Assembly (NCBI GenBank): GCA_037441845.1
Contig: JBBIRK010000006.1
Location: forward strand, 128,001 to 192,000
DNA: 64,000 nucleotides
Reading direction: 5' to 3'
Origin: Candidatus Zixiibacteriota bacterium
GTDB lineage: Bacteria; Zixibacteria; MSB-5A5; UBA10806; 4484-95
In this document: positions 30,225 through 39,743 of the stretch, in pieces
Position numbering within the stretch: position 1 is the first letter of the stretch
How the letters are laid out: every line of letters begins with the position of its first letter
Notes under the pieces: generated by a model
Seen by the model: the letters and a program-made list of their open reading frames with translations, nothing else
Told to the model about the DNA's origin: nothing
The model's database searches: none
Translations under genes and position numbers: made by a program

Positions 30225-31205
30225 TTATCCGCCGGCGATCCAGCGGGCGATATCGAGCGCATGATAGGTGATTATGATGTCGGCGCCCGCCCTCTTGATG
30301 GCATGGATTATTTCCATCACCAATTGCTTTTCGTCCGCAGCACCTGATTCCGCCAATAACTTGGCCATCGTATATTCGCCGCTGGTATTGTAGGCCGCCA
30401 GGGGAATCCCGATCCCCGAGTTTTTCGCCCTCCATATAATATCCAGATAAGCCAAAGCCGGCTTGACCATGACTATATCGGCCCCCTCTTCGATATCCAA
30501 TTCGATTTCCCTAAGTGCATCTCCCGGCCGACGATAGTCGAGTTGATAACCGCATCTGTCGCCGAACTTGGGGCTCGATTTCGCCGCCTCTCGAAACGGC
30601 CCATAAAAAGCCGAGGCAAATTTGGATGAATAAGACATGATCGCCGTTCCCGTGAAACCGGCCTCGTCGAGCGCCCGACGTATCGCCGCCACCTGTCCGT
30701 CCATCATCGCCGATGGCGCCACGATATCGGCGCCGCACCGGGCGTGACTTTCCGCTTGTCGGGCAAGCATTTTCAAGGTGGCGTCGTTATCGACCTCGCG
30801 TCTTTTCACTATCCCGCATTGCCCGTGATCGGTATATTGGCAAAGGCAGACATCGGTAATTGTAATCATTTCCGGACAAACGTACTTGACTCTGCGGATC
30901 GCCTTTTGCACGATACCATCTGCCCTGATCGACGAGCTTCCCATGGCATCTTTCTTGCGCGGAATACCGAATAGCAACACCGCGCCGATCCCCAGATCCG
31001 CCGCAGCTTTAACCTCGGCGCCGATGCTGTCAATAGTATTTGTCTTTATTCCGGGCAGTCCCTTGATAGATTGGGGCTTGCCGATAGTTTCGCTGACGAA
31101 TAACGGATAGACAAGATTGGCGGGGGAGAGGTCGATTTCTTTGCACAGGTCGCGCAGAGATTTATTTTTCCGTAACCGCCGCGGCCGAATCCTTAGATCG
31201 CTCAT
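30225..31205 (-). CDS. hemB: Porphobilinogen synthase
   Basis: RPRRLR, DVCLCQYTDHGQCG, APSAMMDG, EGADIVMVKPALAYLD. Confidence 0.96.
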   Translation of the reverse strand: MSDLRIRPRRLRKNKSLRDLCKEIDLSPANLVYPLFVSETIGKPQSIKGLPGIKTNTIDSIGAEVKAAADLGIGAVLLFGIPRKKDAMGSSSIRADGIVQKAIRRVKYVCPEMITITDVCLCQYTDHGQCGIVKRREVDNDATLKMLARQAESHARCGADIVAPSAMMDGQVAAIRRALDEAGFTGTAIMSYSSKFASAFYGPFREAAKSSPKFGDRCGYQLDYRRPGDALREIELDIEEGADIVMVKPALAYLDIIWRAKNSGIGIPLAAYNTSGEYTMAKLLAESGAADEKQLVMEIIHAIKRAGADIIITYHALDIARWIAGG

Positions 31206-32764
31206 TTTTCCGATTCTCCCGTTTTTCCGCTGAACGCCGCCAACAGTTCCTTAATCATTCCCTCGATCGAATGATTTTCGCATTCGCGTGCCACCGTCAA
31301 TCCCCTTTGTCTTATCCGCTGCGATGTCGATGGTCCGATAGAGAATATCATGGCTCCACGGGTGAACGATTGGATCTCCTTTTCGCTCAATATTTCGAAC
31401 ATTCCATCGACCGTCGAACCGCTGGTGAATATAATCGCATTGGGCGGCGTTTCCAGCAGTTTTTCCTTGAATCCAGCCGGCCAACGGGGAACCGATACCG
31501 AGTATGTTCGCAGCGGCGACACTTTCGCCCCCGCTGCCGTCAAGACATCTTCAAGCATGGCGTCCCCCAGATTGCCCTTTACCCTTATCACCACCGCTCC
31601 GCGCAAGTCGAATTTTTCGGTTAGTTGCGTTGCCAAATTGGCCACAGTCGCCTTACTGGGGATGAAATCAGGATGAAGCCCCGTTTCGCGTAATTCCGCC
31701 GCAGTGCCCTCGCCCACGGCTGCCACTTTCAAACCGCCCAAAAGTTTGATATCGCTTTTTGCTTTCAACTGCCCGATAAAATGCCGAACGCCGGCTTGGC
31801 TGGTGAAAACGAGCCATCCGTCGCGATCGCCTCTCCTGTTGTTAAGCAAAATTAACATTCTGTTCCAGGCTTCTTCGTCGCGATGTTCCGATACGGCGAT
31901 CGTGGGGCAGGGGAGAACCTCGGCGCCGAGTTTCCTTAGCCGCCGGTATAATGGAAAAGCCAATTCTACGGGCCGGGTAACCATAATCCTAACGCCGAAA
32001 AGCGGTGCTTTTTCGAACCAAGCCAGCATCGGTCGCAGCTCCACCACTTTTCCGATTACCACCAACGACGGCGGCCTGATTTTCTTTTCGATTGCTTTCA
32101 CGGCCAATCTTCCCAATGGTGCGCCGACGATATGCTGCGTCGGCTCCGTTCCGCGCTCGATAATAACCGCAGGAGTATCGGGGTCAAGGCCGCTTTTTAT
32201 CAGCCTCCCGCTTAACGATTCAAGTTCCTCCACGCCCATATAAATAATCAGGGTTCCGTTTCTCAACTTCGCCAGCGATTCCCATGGAACATCCGATATT
32301 TCCTTCGTTTTCGATTTGTGCCCGGTGGCGAGAACGGCATACGAGGAATATCTTCTATCGGTGATCGGGATTCCGGCATATCCGGGGACCGCCGTTCCCG
32401 CCGTGATGCCGGGAATCACCTCGAAATCAATCCCGTTTCGGCATAGATATTCGGCTTCTTCACCGCCCCGGCCGAATATAAAAGGATCGCCGCCTTTCAG
32501 CCGAGCCACGTTTTTCCCCTCGGTTGCGAGTTTAACCATCAATTCGTTTATTTCGTTCTGCTCCGTGGAAAAATGTCCTCCGCGCTTGCCCGCAAAATAT
32601 ATTTCGCAGTTTTGTGAAACCCCGATAATGAGTTCCAGGGGCGTAAGGTAATCGTAAATCAACGCATCGCATTGCTCGAGGATCGCTTTACCTTTGACCG
32701 AAATCAAATCCGGATCGCCCGGTCCTGCGCCTATCAGGTAAACTTTTCCTTTTCCTTCAGCCAT
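31202..32764 (-). CDS. cobA/hemD: Fused uroporphyrinogen-III C-methyltransferase / uroporphyrinogen-III synthase
   Basis: VYLIGAGPGDPDL, RLKGGDPFIFGRGGEE; C-terminal VTRP, FTSQAGV, FTSGSTV, IGPST. Confidence 0.93.
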   Translation of the reverse strand: MAEGKGKVYLIGAGPGDPDLISVKGKAILEQCDALIYDYLTPLELIIGVSQNCEIYFAGKRGGHFSTEQNEINELMVKLATEGKNVARLKGGDPFIFGRGGEEAEYLCRNGIDFEVIPGITAGTAVPGYAGIPITDRRYSSYAVLATGHKSKTKEISDVPWESLAKLRNGTLIIYMGVEELESLSGRLIKSGLDPDTPAVIIERGTEPTQHIVGAPLGRLAVKAIEKKIRPPSLVVIGKVVELRPMLAWFEKAPLFGVRIMVTRPVELAFPLYRRLRKLGAEVLPCPTIAVSEHRDEEAWNRMLILLNNRRGDRDGWLVFTSQAGVRHFIGQLKAKSDIKLLGGLKVAAVGEGTAAELRETGLHPDFIPSKATVANLATQLTEKFDLRGAVVIRVKGNLGDAMLEDVLTAAGAKVSPLRTYSVSVPRWPAGFKEKLLETPPNAIIFTSGSTVDGMFEILSEKEIQSFTRGAMIFSIGPSTSQRIRQRGLTVARECENHSIEGMIKELLAAFSGKTGESEK

Positions 32765-33683
32765 CGATATCGCCCAGTAATGATTTCACGTTATTTGATT
32801 CCAATTTGGCCGCGATCTTATCCAATAAAATCGAGTCTTGTTCATGCAAAGGAATTCTTTCCTCCAGATCGATCCGCTTTCGGCCGTCGCGGGCCAGCGC
32901 CGCAATCGTGACCGCGAATTCGCCGCCCATTGGCCGCGCGTAAACGCCGATCGCCGCCCCGCAACCGACGGAAAGCAGGTTGAGAACCGCCTTTTCCAAC
33001 GAGACTGCCCTTCGCGAGATCGGATCATCGATCGCCGCCAGCATCTCCATCAACCGATTGTCGTCCCGGCGCACCTGAATCGCCAGAGCCCCCTGGCCGG
33101 CGGCAGGCACCAAATCCGTCGGCTCGAATACTTGGGTGATTTCATCGGCCAACCCGAGCCGCTCGAGTCCGATTCGGGAAAGGACGATCGCCTGTAATCG
33201 GTCGTAATGCAGTTTTTTTAATCTGGTCTCTACATTTCCCCGCAAATTTTCGATCGATAAATCCGGCCGGCGGTTGAGCAGCATGGCTTTCCGTCTCACC
33301 GAACCGGTGCCGATGCGGCTTCCCGGCGGAAGCCGTTCCAGCGTCAACCCTGATTTGCTGACCAACACGTCCTCGCAATTATCCCTGGGGGGTACTGCCG
33401 CGATAACAAGTTCCGGAATTTCTCGAGAAGGCAGATCTTTGGCCGAATGAACCGCCATATCTATCATGCCGGCGATCAGTTGCCTTTCTATATTCTTGGT
33501 GAACACGCCCGGCTCTGGCATTTTATCCAGCGGTGTCCCCGTATCCGAATCGCCCGTGGTCGTAATACGCACGATCTCCCAAATCGCTTCATTACATTTA
33601 TCTTTGAGCAAGGCGATGACTTGATTGGTTTGGGCCATGGCCAGCTTACTGGCGCGCGTTCCAACCCTGATGTGGGAATTCAT
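32757..33683 (-). CDS. hemC: Hydroxymethylbilane synthase
   Basis: GTRASKLAMAQ, AVHSAKDLP, LRGNVETRL, PAAGQGAL, cofactor Cys in GCGAAIG. Confidence 0.95.
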   Translation of the reverse strand: MNSHIRVGTRASKLAMAQTNQVIALLKDKCNEAIWEIVRITTTGDSDTGTPLDKMPEPGVFTKNIERQLIAGMIDMAVHSAKDLPSREIPELVIAAVPPRDNCEDVLVSKSGLTLERLPPGSRIGTGSVRRKAMLLNRRPDLSIENLRGNVETRLKKLHYDRLQAIVLSRIGLERLGLADEITQVFEPTDLVPAAGQGALAIQVRRDDNRLMEMLAAIDDPISRRAVSLEKAVLNLLSVGCGAAIGVYARPMGGEFAVTIAALARDGRKRIDLEERIPLHEQDSILLDKIAAKLESNNVKSLLGDIDG

Positions 33684-34342
33684 TCCGTGGTTTCGCCGGT
33701 TTTTGTGGGTTCGAGCATCTCGACGAGCATGTTTTCGATTCTACGATCATCGCCCGATTCCAGAGCCGATTTCCAGTCGGCCATGAGAAATCTTTCGTAA
33801 CAGGCGGTTTTATTGGCCAGATCGTCTCCCCATCTTTCTCTGGTCATCGTCCTGAAATGCGCCGCCAGAGCCGCGATTTTCGACCAGTGCGGCTTGAACA
33901 TGCCGTCGAGGACCATTTTCAGATGGCCGGCCAGAAACGGCGCCTGACCATCGGTGGAAATGGCTATCGACAGGTTATCTCGCCTTAATGTCGCCGGGAA
34001 TATGATGTCGCATTGATCGGGGTTGTCCACGGCGTTGACCGGAACCCCGGCTTTCCGGCAGTCGTCGCTGACAGCCCTATTGATTTCGGGATCCTGGCTG
34101 GCGGCGATCACGAATCCATAAGCCGCCGCCTCCGGCGATATATAACTTCGCCTGATCAATTTCACCTTTTCCTTGTCGGCGAACCATTCGATTTTATCGA
34201 CGAAAGCCGGTGATATCACGGTTATATCGGCGTGGTAATCGATCAAAATTTCGATTTTGCGAAGCGCCACTTGCCCGCCGCCGATTATCAACACCGGCCT
34301 GTTTTCCAACGAGATCCCCACCGGCATGAATTTATGAGCCAT
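33680..34342 (-). CDS. sirC: Precorrin-2 dehydrogenase (SirC/CysG N-terminal type, possibly also ferrochelatase)
   Basis: IIGGGQVALRK, VNAVDNPDQCD..FPA, IAISTDGQAP. Confidence 0.88.
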   Translation of the reverse strand: MAHKFMPVGISLENRPVLIIGGGQVALRKIEILIDYHADITVISPAFVDKIEWFADKEKVKLIRRSYISPEAAAYGFVIAASQDPEINRAVSDDCRKAGVPVNAVDNPDQCDIIFPATLRRDNLSIAISTDGQAPFLAGHLKMVLDGMFKPHWSKIAALAAHFRTMTRERWGDDLANKTACYERFLMADWKSALESGDDRRIENMLVEMLEPTKTGETTE

Positions 34343-34363
34343 AGTTTTTTTCCCTTTTGTCGA

Positions 34364-35563
34364 TCAGGTTTCGGCGTTCGACTTGAGCTTGAGCAGTTTC
34401 TGCGTATATTTCTTGATCGCTTCTTCGAGCTCGATTCGCGAATGCTCCGGCAATCCGGAAATGATCGGCGACAGCTCGCTGTTCATCAGCTCATCCGCTT
34501 GCCGGGCCAGGCCGTTATAAGCCGGTTCGAGACGCGCGTGATCATACCAGTAGATAAACTCGTCCAATCTCCTTTCTATTATCTCCTCGGCTTTGATCAC
34601 CGCCTGCTGCTTTGCCTGGTTGGCCGCTTTGATAGATTCTCTCACGTCGTCGAGATCGAGCACTTCGACCTGCCGCGCATAATTTTTGGGAACGTCTATA
34701 TCGCGCGGCACGGCCATGTCCAACATGATCAGCTTCCTGCCGCCGCGGGATGATATTAATCGGTCTATCATTTTTTTATTTATCAACGGCTCTCTCGCAG
34801 AGGTGCAGCTGATAACCACATCCGCTTGGCGAATCAGGTTTTCGAGCTCTTCCAGCGGATATCCGGTTCCCTGGTATCGCCCGGCGAGTTCTTCAGCTTT
34901 TGATTTGGTTCGATTGACGAAGCTGAGCTTGGAATAACCCAGACGGTTCAACGCGGAGGCCGCCAGCGCTATCATCTGATTGACGCCGATCAGTACGATC
35001 ACCGGATTCTCCAATTCTGCAAGCCTGCTTTTCAGCAACTCGATCGAGGCGCTGCTGACCGAACAGGCTCCCCGTCCAAGTTCCGTATCCGTACGTGTCT
35101 GTTTGCCGACACGAAAGGCCTGATGAAAAAGTCGGTGCAGTATTTTCCCCGCGGCTTTGACGTTGCAGGCCGAGGTGTACGCCTCGCGGACCTGTCCCTG
35201 TATATGATTTTCTCCCAGCACCATCGAATCGACTCCGGCGGCGACCCGGAAGAGGTGATCAGCCGCATGCCGATCCTTTTTTATATAAAAATGCTCTTTC
35301 CACCTGTCGATTGAAACGGCGGAAAAATCGGCATAGAAATGCTCGATAATCGAGAATGGATTTTGTCTGTTTTCGGTTACCAGATAAAATTCAATCCTGT
35401 TGCAGGTGGCCACGATCGCCGATTCCAAAACGCCGTCCTGCCTGCTTAATATCATATTCGCTTTGGCCAGTTCCTCCCGCGTTATTTGGAGTGGTTGGCG
35501 GATCTCCACGCTACCGGTGCGGTGATTTATTCCGCATACTATCAAGCTGACTCTACCGGACAT
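34364..35563 (-). CDS. hemA: Glutamyl-tRNA reductase
   Basis: GINHRT, catalytic TCNRIE, HLFRVAAGVDSMVLGE, DMAVPRDID. Confidence 0.93.
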   Translation of the reverse strand: MSGRVSLIVCGINHRTGSVEIRQPLQITREELAKANMILSRQDGVLESAIVATCNRIEFYLVTENRQNPFSIIEHFYADFSAVSIDRWKEHFYIKKDRHAADHLFRVAAGVDSMVLGENHIQGQVREAYTSACNVKAAGKILHRLFHQAFRVGKQTRTDTELGRGACSVSSASIELLKSRLAELENPVIVLIGVNQMIALAASALNRLGYSKLSFVNRTKSKAEELAGRYQGTGYPLEELENLIRQADVVISCTSAREPLINKKMIDRLISSRGGRKLIMLDMAVPRDIDVPKNYARQVEVLDLDDVRESIKAANQAKQQAVIKAEEIIERRLDEFIYWYDHARLEPAYNGLARQADELMNSELSPIISGLPEHSRIELEEAIKKYTQKLLKLKSNAET

Positions 35564-35593
35564 AAATTTCCTCGGATCGTGCCCTTTGATATA

Positions 35594-37282
35594 TCAATCT
35601 AATGCCGCTTGGACTCCGCCGCCAATGATTTTCAGACTGCTGAATCCTTTTTCCCGAAGAATATGGACAGCTTGGTAGGCTCTCGAACCGCGCTTGCATA
35701 TAATCGAAATCGGGGTGGATCGATCGAACTTGAGCTCGGCGTTTTTCAACTGGCTTAACGGTAAACGGATAATTTCCCGATTTTGCCGTTCGGGAATAGG
35801 CTGACCGGAACTTTCCGATTTTTCCCGCACGTCCAGCAGCACTATCGCCGAATCGGCCTCCAGATCTCCGGGATCGGCGATCGAAATTCCGCGGTTTCTT
35901 GATAGCGCCAACGTCGCCAATTGATACAGCGGATCGAGCGCCTCGGCGAATGGCGGGGCATAGGCATGTTCGAAAGCCAATAGATCATGGATTGTCGAAT
36001 ATTTACGAAGCAGTGCCGAAAATACGTCGAGACGGCGGCATATATCTCCGTTGCCGGCCGCCTGCAACCCCAGCAGTCTGCCCTCGGTTTTGCCGAAGAT
36101 CATCTTGAGAACGAAACTCTTTTTCTCCGGATAATAATCCGGTCTATCGACGAACGAGCCCCAAACACAATCCGGATTCAATCCGGCCGCGGCCGCCTTT
36201 TTGAAACTTACACCGACCGCACCGGCATTCAAATCGAATATCTTCACAATCATATTGCCCAATACCGGCGGATTTTCGGCATTTCCACCGGCAAAATTTT
36301 CCGCGATAATCCAGCCATGCTTATTGGCAAGCGAACCCATCGGCAAATAACATGGTTCGCCGGTTATCAGGTGCACGGACTCGATGCAGTCGCCGCCGGC
36401 GTAGATATCGGGATCCGACGTGGCCAATCGGCTGTCCACCTTTATCGCCCCCGACTTTCCGAGAGTCAACCCGGCTTGGGTAGCAAGTGCCGTATTCGGC
36501 TGAACCCCAAGCGCCAGAAAAAGATAATCGGCTGAGATTTCGTCTCCGCCGGCAATTGAAACGGCCGGTCTTCCGTCCCTGTCGAAAACACTGCCGATAT
36601 TCGCTCCCTTTACGACTCTCACCTTTTTCCGTTCGAGCTCGCGCTCGACAACGGCTGCCATCTCCGGATCGAACATCGCCGGCAGCAATTGATCGGCCTT
36701 TTCTATCAGCGTCGTTTGGATACCCCAAAGGCCTCCTACAGCCTCGGCCAACTCACAACCGATAAGACCGCCGCCTATTATTATGGCCGATTCTATTTTC
36801 CCGGATTCGGCCTTAGCTCGAAATTTTATCGCATCTTCCGGTCTGGTGAAATACGAAATCGTCTCCACATCAGGGACCGGAAAGGGGGAAGGTATCGGCA
36901 CGCCGCCGGTGGCCAAAACAAGTTTACCATAGCGATGACAAGTCGGTTTATCTTGATTTTTCGAACGCAGGGTTACCGTTTTCGCGGTCCGATCGATAGC
37001 GGTCACTTCGGTATCGGTATAAACATCGAACCCTTTGACGTCTCTGAAAAACGCCGTATCTCTTTCCACTCCATACGGAGTCATCTGCAGTTCTTTGAAT
37101 GTTCCTACATCGCCCGAGGCGAAATAGGGCAGGCCGCACGAGGCGAACGATATGTAGTCGGATTTTTCGAAAAGAGTGATCTTTGCTTTGGGCAAACGTC
37201 TGGCCAGCGCCGAGGCGGTTTTCATTCCTGCTGCTGCTCCACCGACAATTACGAAATCCGAGTACTGATTATCAATAAGCAT
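35594..37282 (-). CDS. CoA-disulfide reductase/NAD(P)H persulfide reductase (Npsr-like) with C-terminal rhodanese domain
   Basis: IVGGAAAG, redox Cys SFASCGLPY, GGGLIGCE, IYAGGDC, YAPPF, rhodanese LLDVRE...ICKRGSRAY; AAGGAGG SD before ATG 37282. Confidence 0.88.
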   Translation of the reverse strand: MLIDNQYSDFVIVGGAAAGMKTASALARRLPKAKITLFEKSDYISFASCGLPYFASGDVGTFKELQMTPYGVERDTAFFRDVKGFDVYTDTEVTAIDRTAKTVTLRSKNQDKPTCHRYGKLVLATGGVPIPSPFPVPDVETISYFTRPEDAIKFRAKAESGKIESAIIIGGGLIGCELAEAVGGLWGIQTTLIEKADQLLPAMFDPEMAAVVERELERKKVRVVKGANIGSVFDRDGRPAVSIAGGDEISADYLFLALGVQPNTALATQAGLTLGKSGAIKVDSRLATSDPDIYAGGDCIESVHLITGEPCYLPMGSLANKHGWIIAENFAGGNAENPPVLGNMIVKIFDLNAGAVGVSFKKAAAAGLNPDCVWGSFVDRPDYYPEKKSFVLKMIFGKTEGRLLGLQAAGNGDICRRLDVFSALLRKYSTIHDLLAFEHAYAPPFAEALDPLYQLATLALSRNRGISIADPGDLEADSAIVLLDVREKSESSGQPIPERQNREIIRLPLSQLKNAELKFDRSTPISIICKRGSRAYQAVHILREKGFSSLKIIGGGVQAALD

Positions 37283-37319
37283 CACCGCGTCCTCCTTCAA
37301 ACGACCTCCGGCCGGCAAT

Positions 37320-37350
37320 AAACGCAAAAGGGTCCGGCATGCCAGACCCT
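37320..37350 (-). terminator. Probable intrinsic terminator after dsrP
   Basis: Minus strand AGGGTCTGGC-AT-GCCGGACCCT followed by TTTGCGTTT. Confidence 0.55.
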
Positions 37351-37408
37351 CCTGTTTTATTCCGCTTGTTTCCTCTGGCGGATCACCGGAATGACCTCGC
37401 TGTCATCT

Positions 37409-38566
37409 TCAAGCCATCGCCTCTTCCTTATACGACAGAGCTATTTTGTAGAAGATAGTAACCAAGAAGAAGCCGATCGCATAGACGCCCAACGATATCA
37501 GCAATTCCGGAATAGTGGGGGAATATTCCGTCACATGTCCGATAGGCGAGGGCACGAATCCGGCTACCACCATCCCCAGCCCTTTGTCGATCCAAATGGA
37601 GCCGAAAACCATCAAACACGCCGCAATCAGCAGCCCGTTCACACGCCGCAATTTCGGCACTATCAATATCACCAGCGACAGCACCGCCAGAAACACCGAG
37701 GTCCACATCCATGGCACCAACCGCGATTTCCCCTCGAGGCCGAAATACAGATACCGGAAATGCTCCAGATGTTCCGGAATATTGCTGTAAAACGCGGTGA
37801 AAATCTCCATTAGGATAAAGAATACATTGATACACATGGCATAAGTTACAATCTGCGTCAGCTTGCCTATCGCCTCCTGCCCGGCGTCGAATTTGGTTAG
37901 CTTACGGATAATAAAACACATCAGTATCAACAGGGCCGGCCCCGAGGCAAAAGCGGAGGCGAGAAAACGCGGGGCCAATATCGCGGTCAACCAAAACGGT
38001 CGAGCGGCCAAGCCCGAATACAGGAAAGCGGTAACCGTATGGATACTTATCGCCCACGGAATGGACAAAATTATTATCGGTTTTATCCAGCCCGGAGGGG
38101 CGATCGCCTTGCGCTCGGCGTTTAATGTCACTCTGCTGATTATCACGTTCAATAATAGGTAGCCGCCCAGGGCTATCGAATCCCAGAACATCAACGAATG
38201 GGGCGTCGGATACAACATGACGTTGGGAACGCGGGTCGGCTGTCCCATATCGACGAAAATGAACAACATGCACATCATCACCGCGGCGATAGCCAAAAAT
38301 TCGCCCAGAATAGTTATTTTCCCGAACGCCTTGTAATTATGCAGATAATAGGGCAATACCACCATCACCGCCGAGGCGGCCACACCGACCAAGAAAGTGA
38401 ATTGCGCGATATAAAATCCCCAGGTGACGTCGCGGCTCAATCCGGTGATACCCAGGCCGTAGGCAAGCTGTTTCAAATAAAACAAGAAGCCGATGAAAAT
38501 CACAATTCCCAGCAACGTTATCCACAGCCAATATCTTCGATCTCCGATTAGCGCTCTTTCCAGCAT
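37409..38566 (-). CDS. dsrP: DsrMKJOP complex subunit P (NrfD/PsrC family)
   Basis: GLSRDVTWGFYIAQFTFLVGVAASA, SIPWAISIHTVTAF, APRFLASAF. Confidence 0.95.
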   Translation of the reverse strand: MLERALIGDRRYWLWITLLGIVIFIGFLFYLKQLAYGLGITGLSRDVTWGFYIAQFTFLVGVAASAVMVVLPYYLHNYKAFGKITILGEFLAIAAVMMCMLFIFVDMGQPTRVPNVMLYPTPHSLMFWDSIALGGYLLLNVIISRVTLNAERKAIAPPGWIKPIIILSIPWAISIHTVTAFLYSGLAARPFWLTAILAPRFLASAFASGPALLILMCFIIRKLTKFDAGQEAIGKLTQIVTYAMCINVFFILMEIFTAFYSNIPEHLEHFRYLYFGLEGKSRLVPWMWTSVFLAVLSLVILIVPKLRRVNGLLIAACLMVFGSIWIDKGLGMVVAGFVPSPIGHVTEYSPTIPELLISLGVYAIGFFLVTIFYKIALSYKEEAMA

Positions 38567-38573
38567 ATTTACC

Positions 38574-39356
38574 TCAAACTATGTAATAGATTTGCGGTTT
38601 GGTGCCGAGTCCGGCCTTGCGGCGGATAGTGAAATTTTCGCTGAGGATCCGCCTTACCTCCGAATCCGGATTTTCCAGGTCGCCGAAATGCAGCGCCTTA
38701 TGTTTGCAGGCTTCGACACAGGCGGGAAGCAATCCCTTGGCCAGCCGCTCCTCGCAGAAAGTGCACTTTTCGACCACGCCGCGGCTGCGCGTCGGAAATT
38801 CCGGGCGCAGTTCTTTTATGAAAGGACGGGGATCGCGCCAGTTGAAACTGCGCGAACCGTAAGGACAGGCGGCCACGCAATAGCGGCAGCCGATACACCT
38901 GTGCCAATCCATCATGACGATTCCGTCTTTGCGGCGCCAGGTAGCCTTCGTCGGGCAGACTCCCACGCAGGGGGGATTGTCGCAATGGTTGCAAAGCACC
39001 AATACCGGCTTTTCGAGCACCTCATGAACCAAATGCTCATGTTCTAAATCCGGAAACGCCCCCTCGAATTTTTCTTTCCATATCCATTTGATTTCGTCTT
39101 TCGGATTATCGAACCGGGGCACATTATGGGTCAGATGACAGGCCTCGATACAATCGCGGCAATTATCAACCTCACGGCATTTCCGAAAATCGACCACCAT
39201 AGCCCAGCGGGCGGCGGTCAGCGGACCGCTGGTTTGCGGCGGATTGACGATCAGCGAATCCTCGCCGGCTATAGCCCGCAAAGGGAAATTGATTGCGCAG
39301 CCGAACGCCGCCGCTGAACCGGCCAAACGCAAAAATTCCCGCCTATTTACTGACAT
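38574..39356 (-). CDS. dsrO: DsrMKJOP Fe-S subunit O
   Basis: Tat signal NRREFL, CNHCDNPPCVGVCP, CIGCRYCVAACP, KCTFC. Confidence 0.94.
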   Translation of the reverse strand: MSVNRREFLRLAGSAAAFGCAINFPLRAIAGEDSLIVNPPQTSGPLTAARWAMVVDFRKCREVDNCRDCIEACHLTHNVPRFDNPKDEIKWIWKEKFEGAFPDLEHEHLVHEVLEKPVLVLCNHCDNPPCVGVCPTKATWRRKDGIVMMDWHRCIGCRYCVAACPYGSRSFNWRDPRPFIKELRPEFPTRSRGVVEKCTFCEERLAKGLLPACVEACKHKALHFGDLENPDSEVRRILSENFTIRRKAGLGTKPQIYYIV

Positions 39357-39741
39357 TGCGCACCTCCTGCGGTTCCAGATGGCAGTCCCAGCAATAAGGG
39401 CTGACGCCCACGAAGGTATGGCATTTGTCGCAAAAATCGGATTTGTTGGAATGGCAGTTCATACAAGTATTGGTCAGGCTCATTTCGATCTCTTTTCCCG
39501 TAAATGTCGTGTAAGTCCTGATTCCCCGACGAACTACCGAGTCGCGCCACTGATTGAGGAAATCCATGTGTGCGGCAGTCATATAATCTGTCGGAGCCAC
39601 ACATTGTTTTTCCGCTGTCACCAATTTCGGTTCCGGACGATAATCCGCTTGGCCGCTTATTAGAGCGTTATACCAGAACGGCACCGTGATTATCGCCAGA
39701 AATATGATCAGTCCCGTCAAAATTTTACCAGCATCGTACAT
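39343..39741 (-). CDS. dsrJ: Triheme cytochrome c DsrJ
   Basis: CMNCH, CDKCH, CWDCH; CV..TDYM and WRDSVVR motifs. Confidence 0.95.
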   Translation of the reverse strand: MYDAGKILTGLIIFLAIITVPFWYNALISGQADYRPEPKLVTAEKQCVAPTDYMTAAHMDFLNQWRDSVVRRGIRTYTTFTGKEIEMSLTNTCMNCHSNKSDFCDKCHTFVGVSPYCWDCHLEPQEVRNVSK

Positions 39742-39743
39742 AA

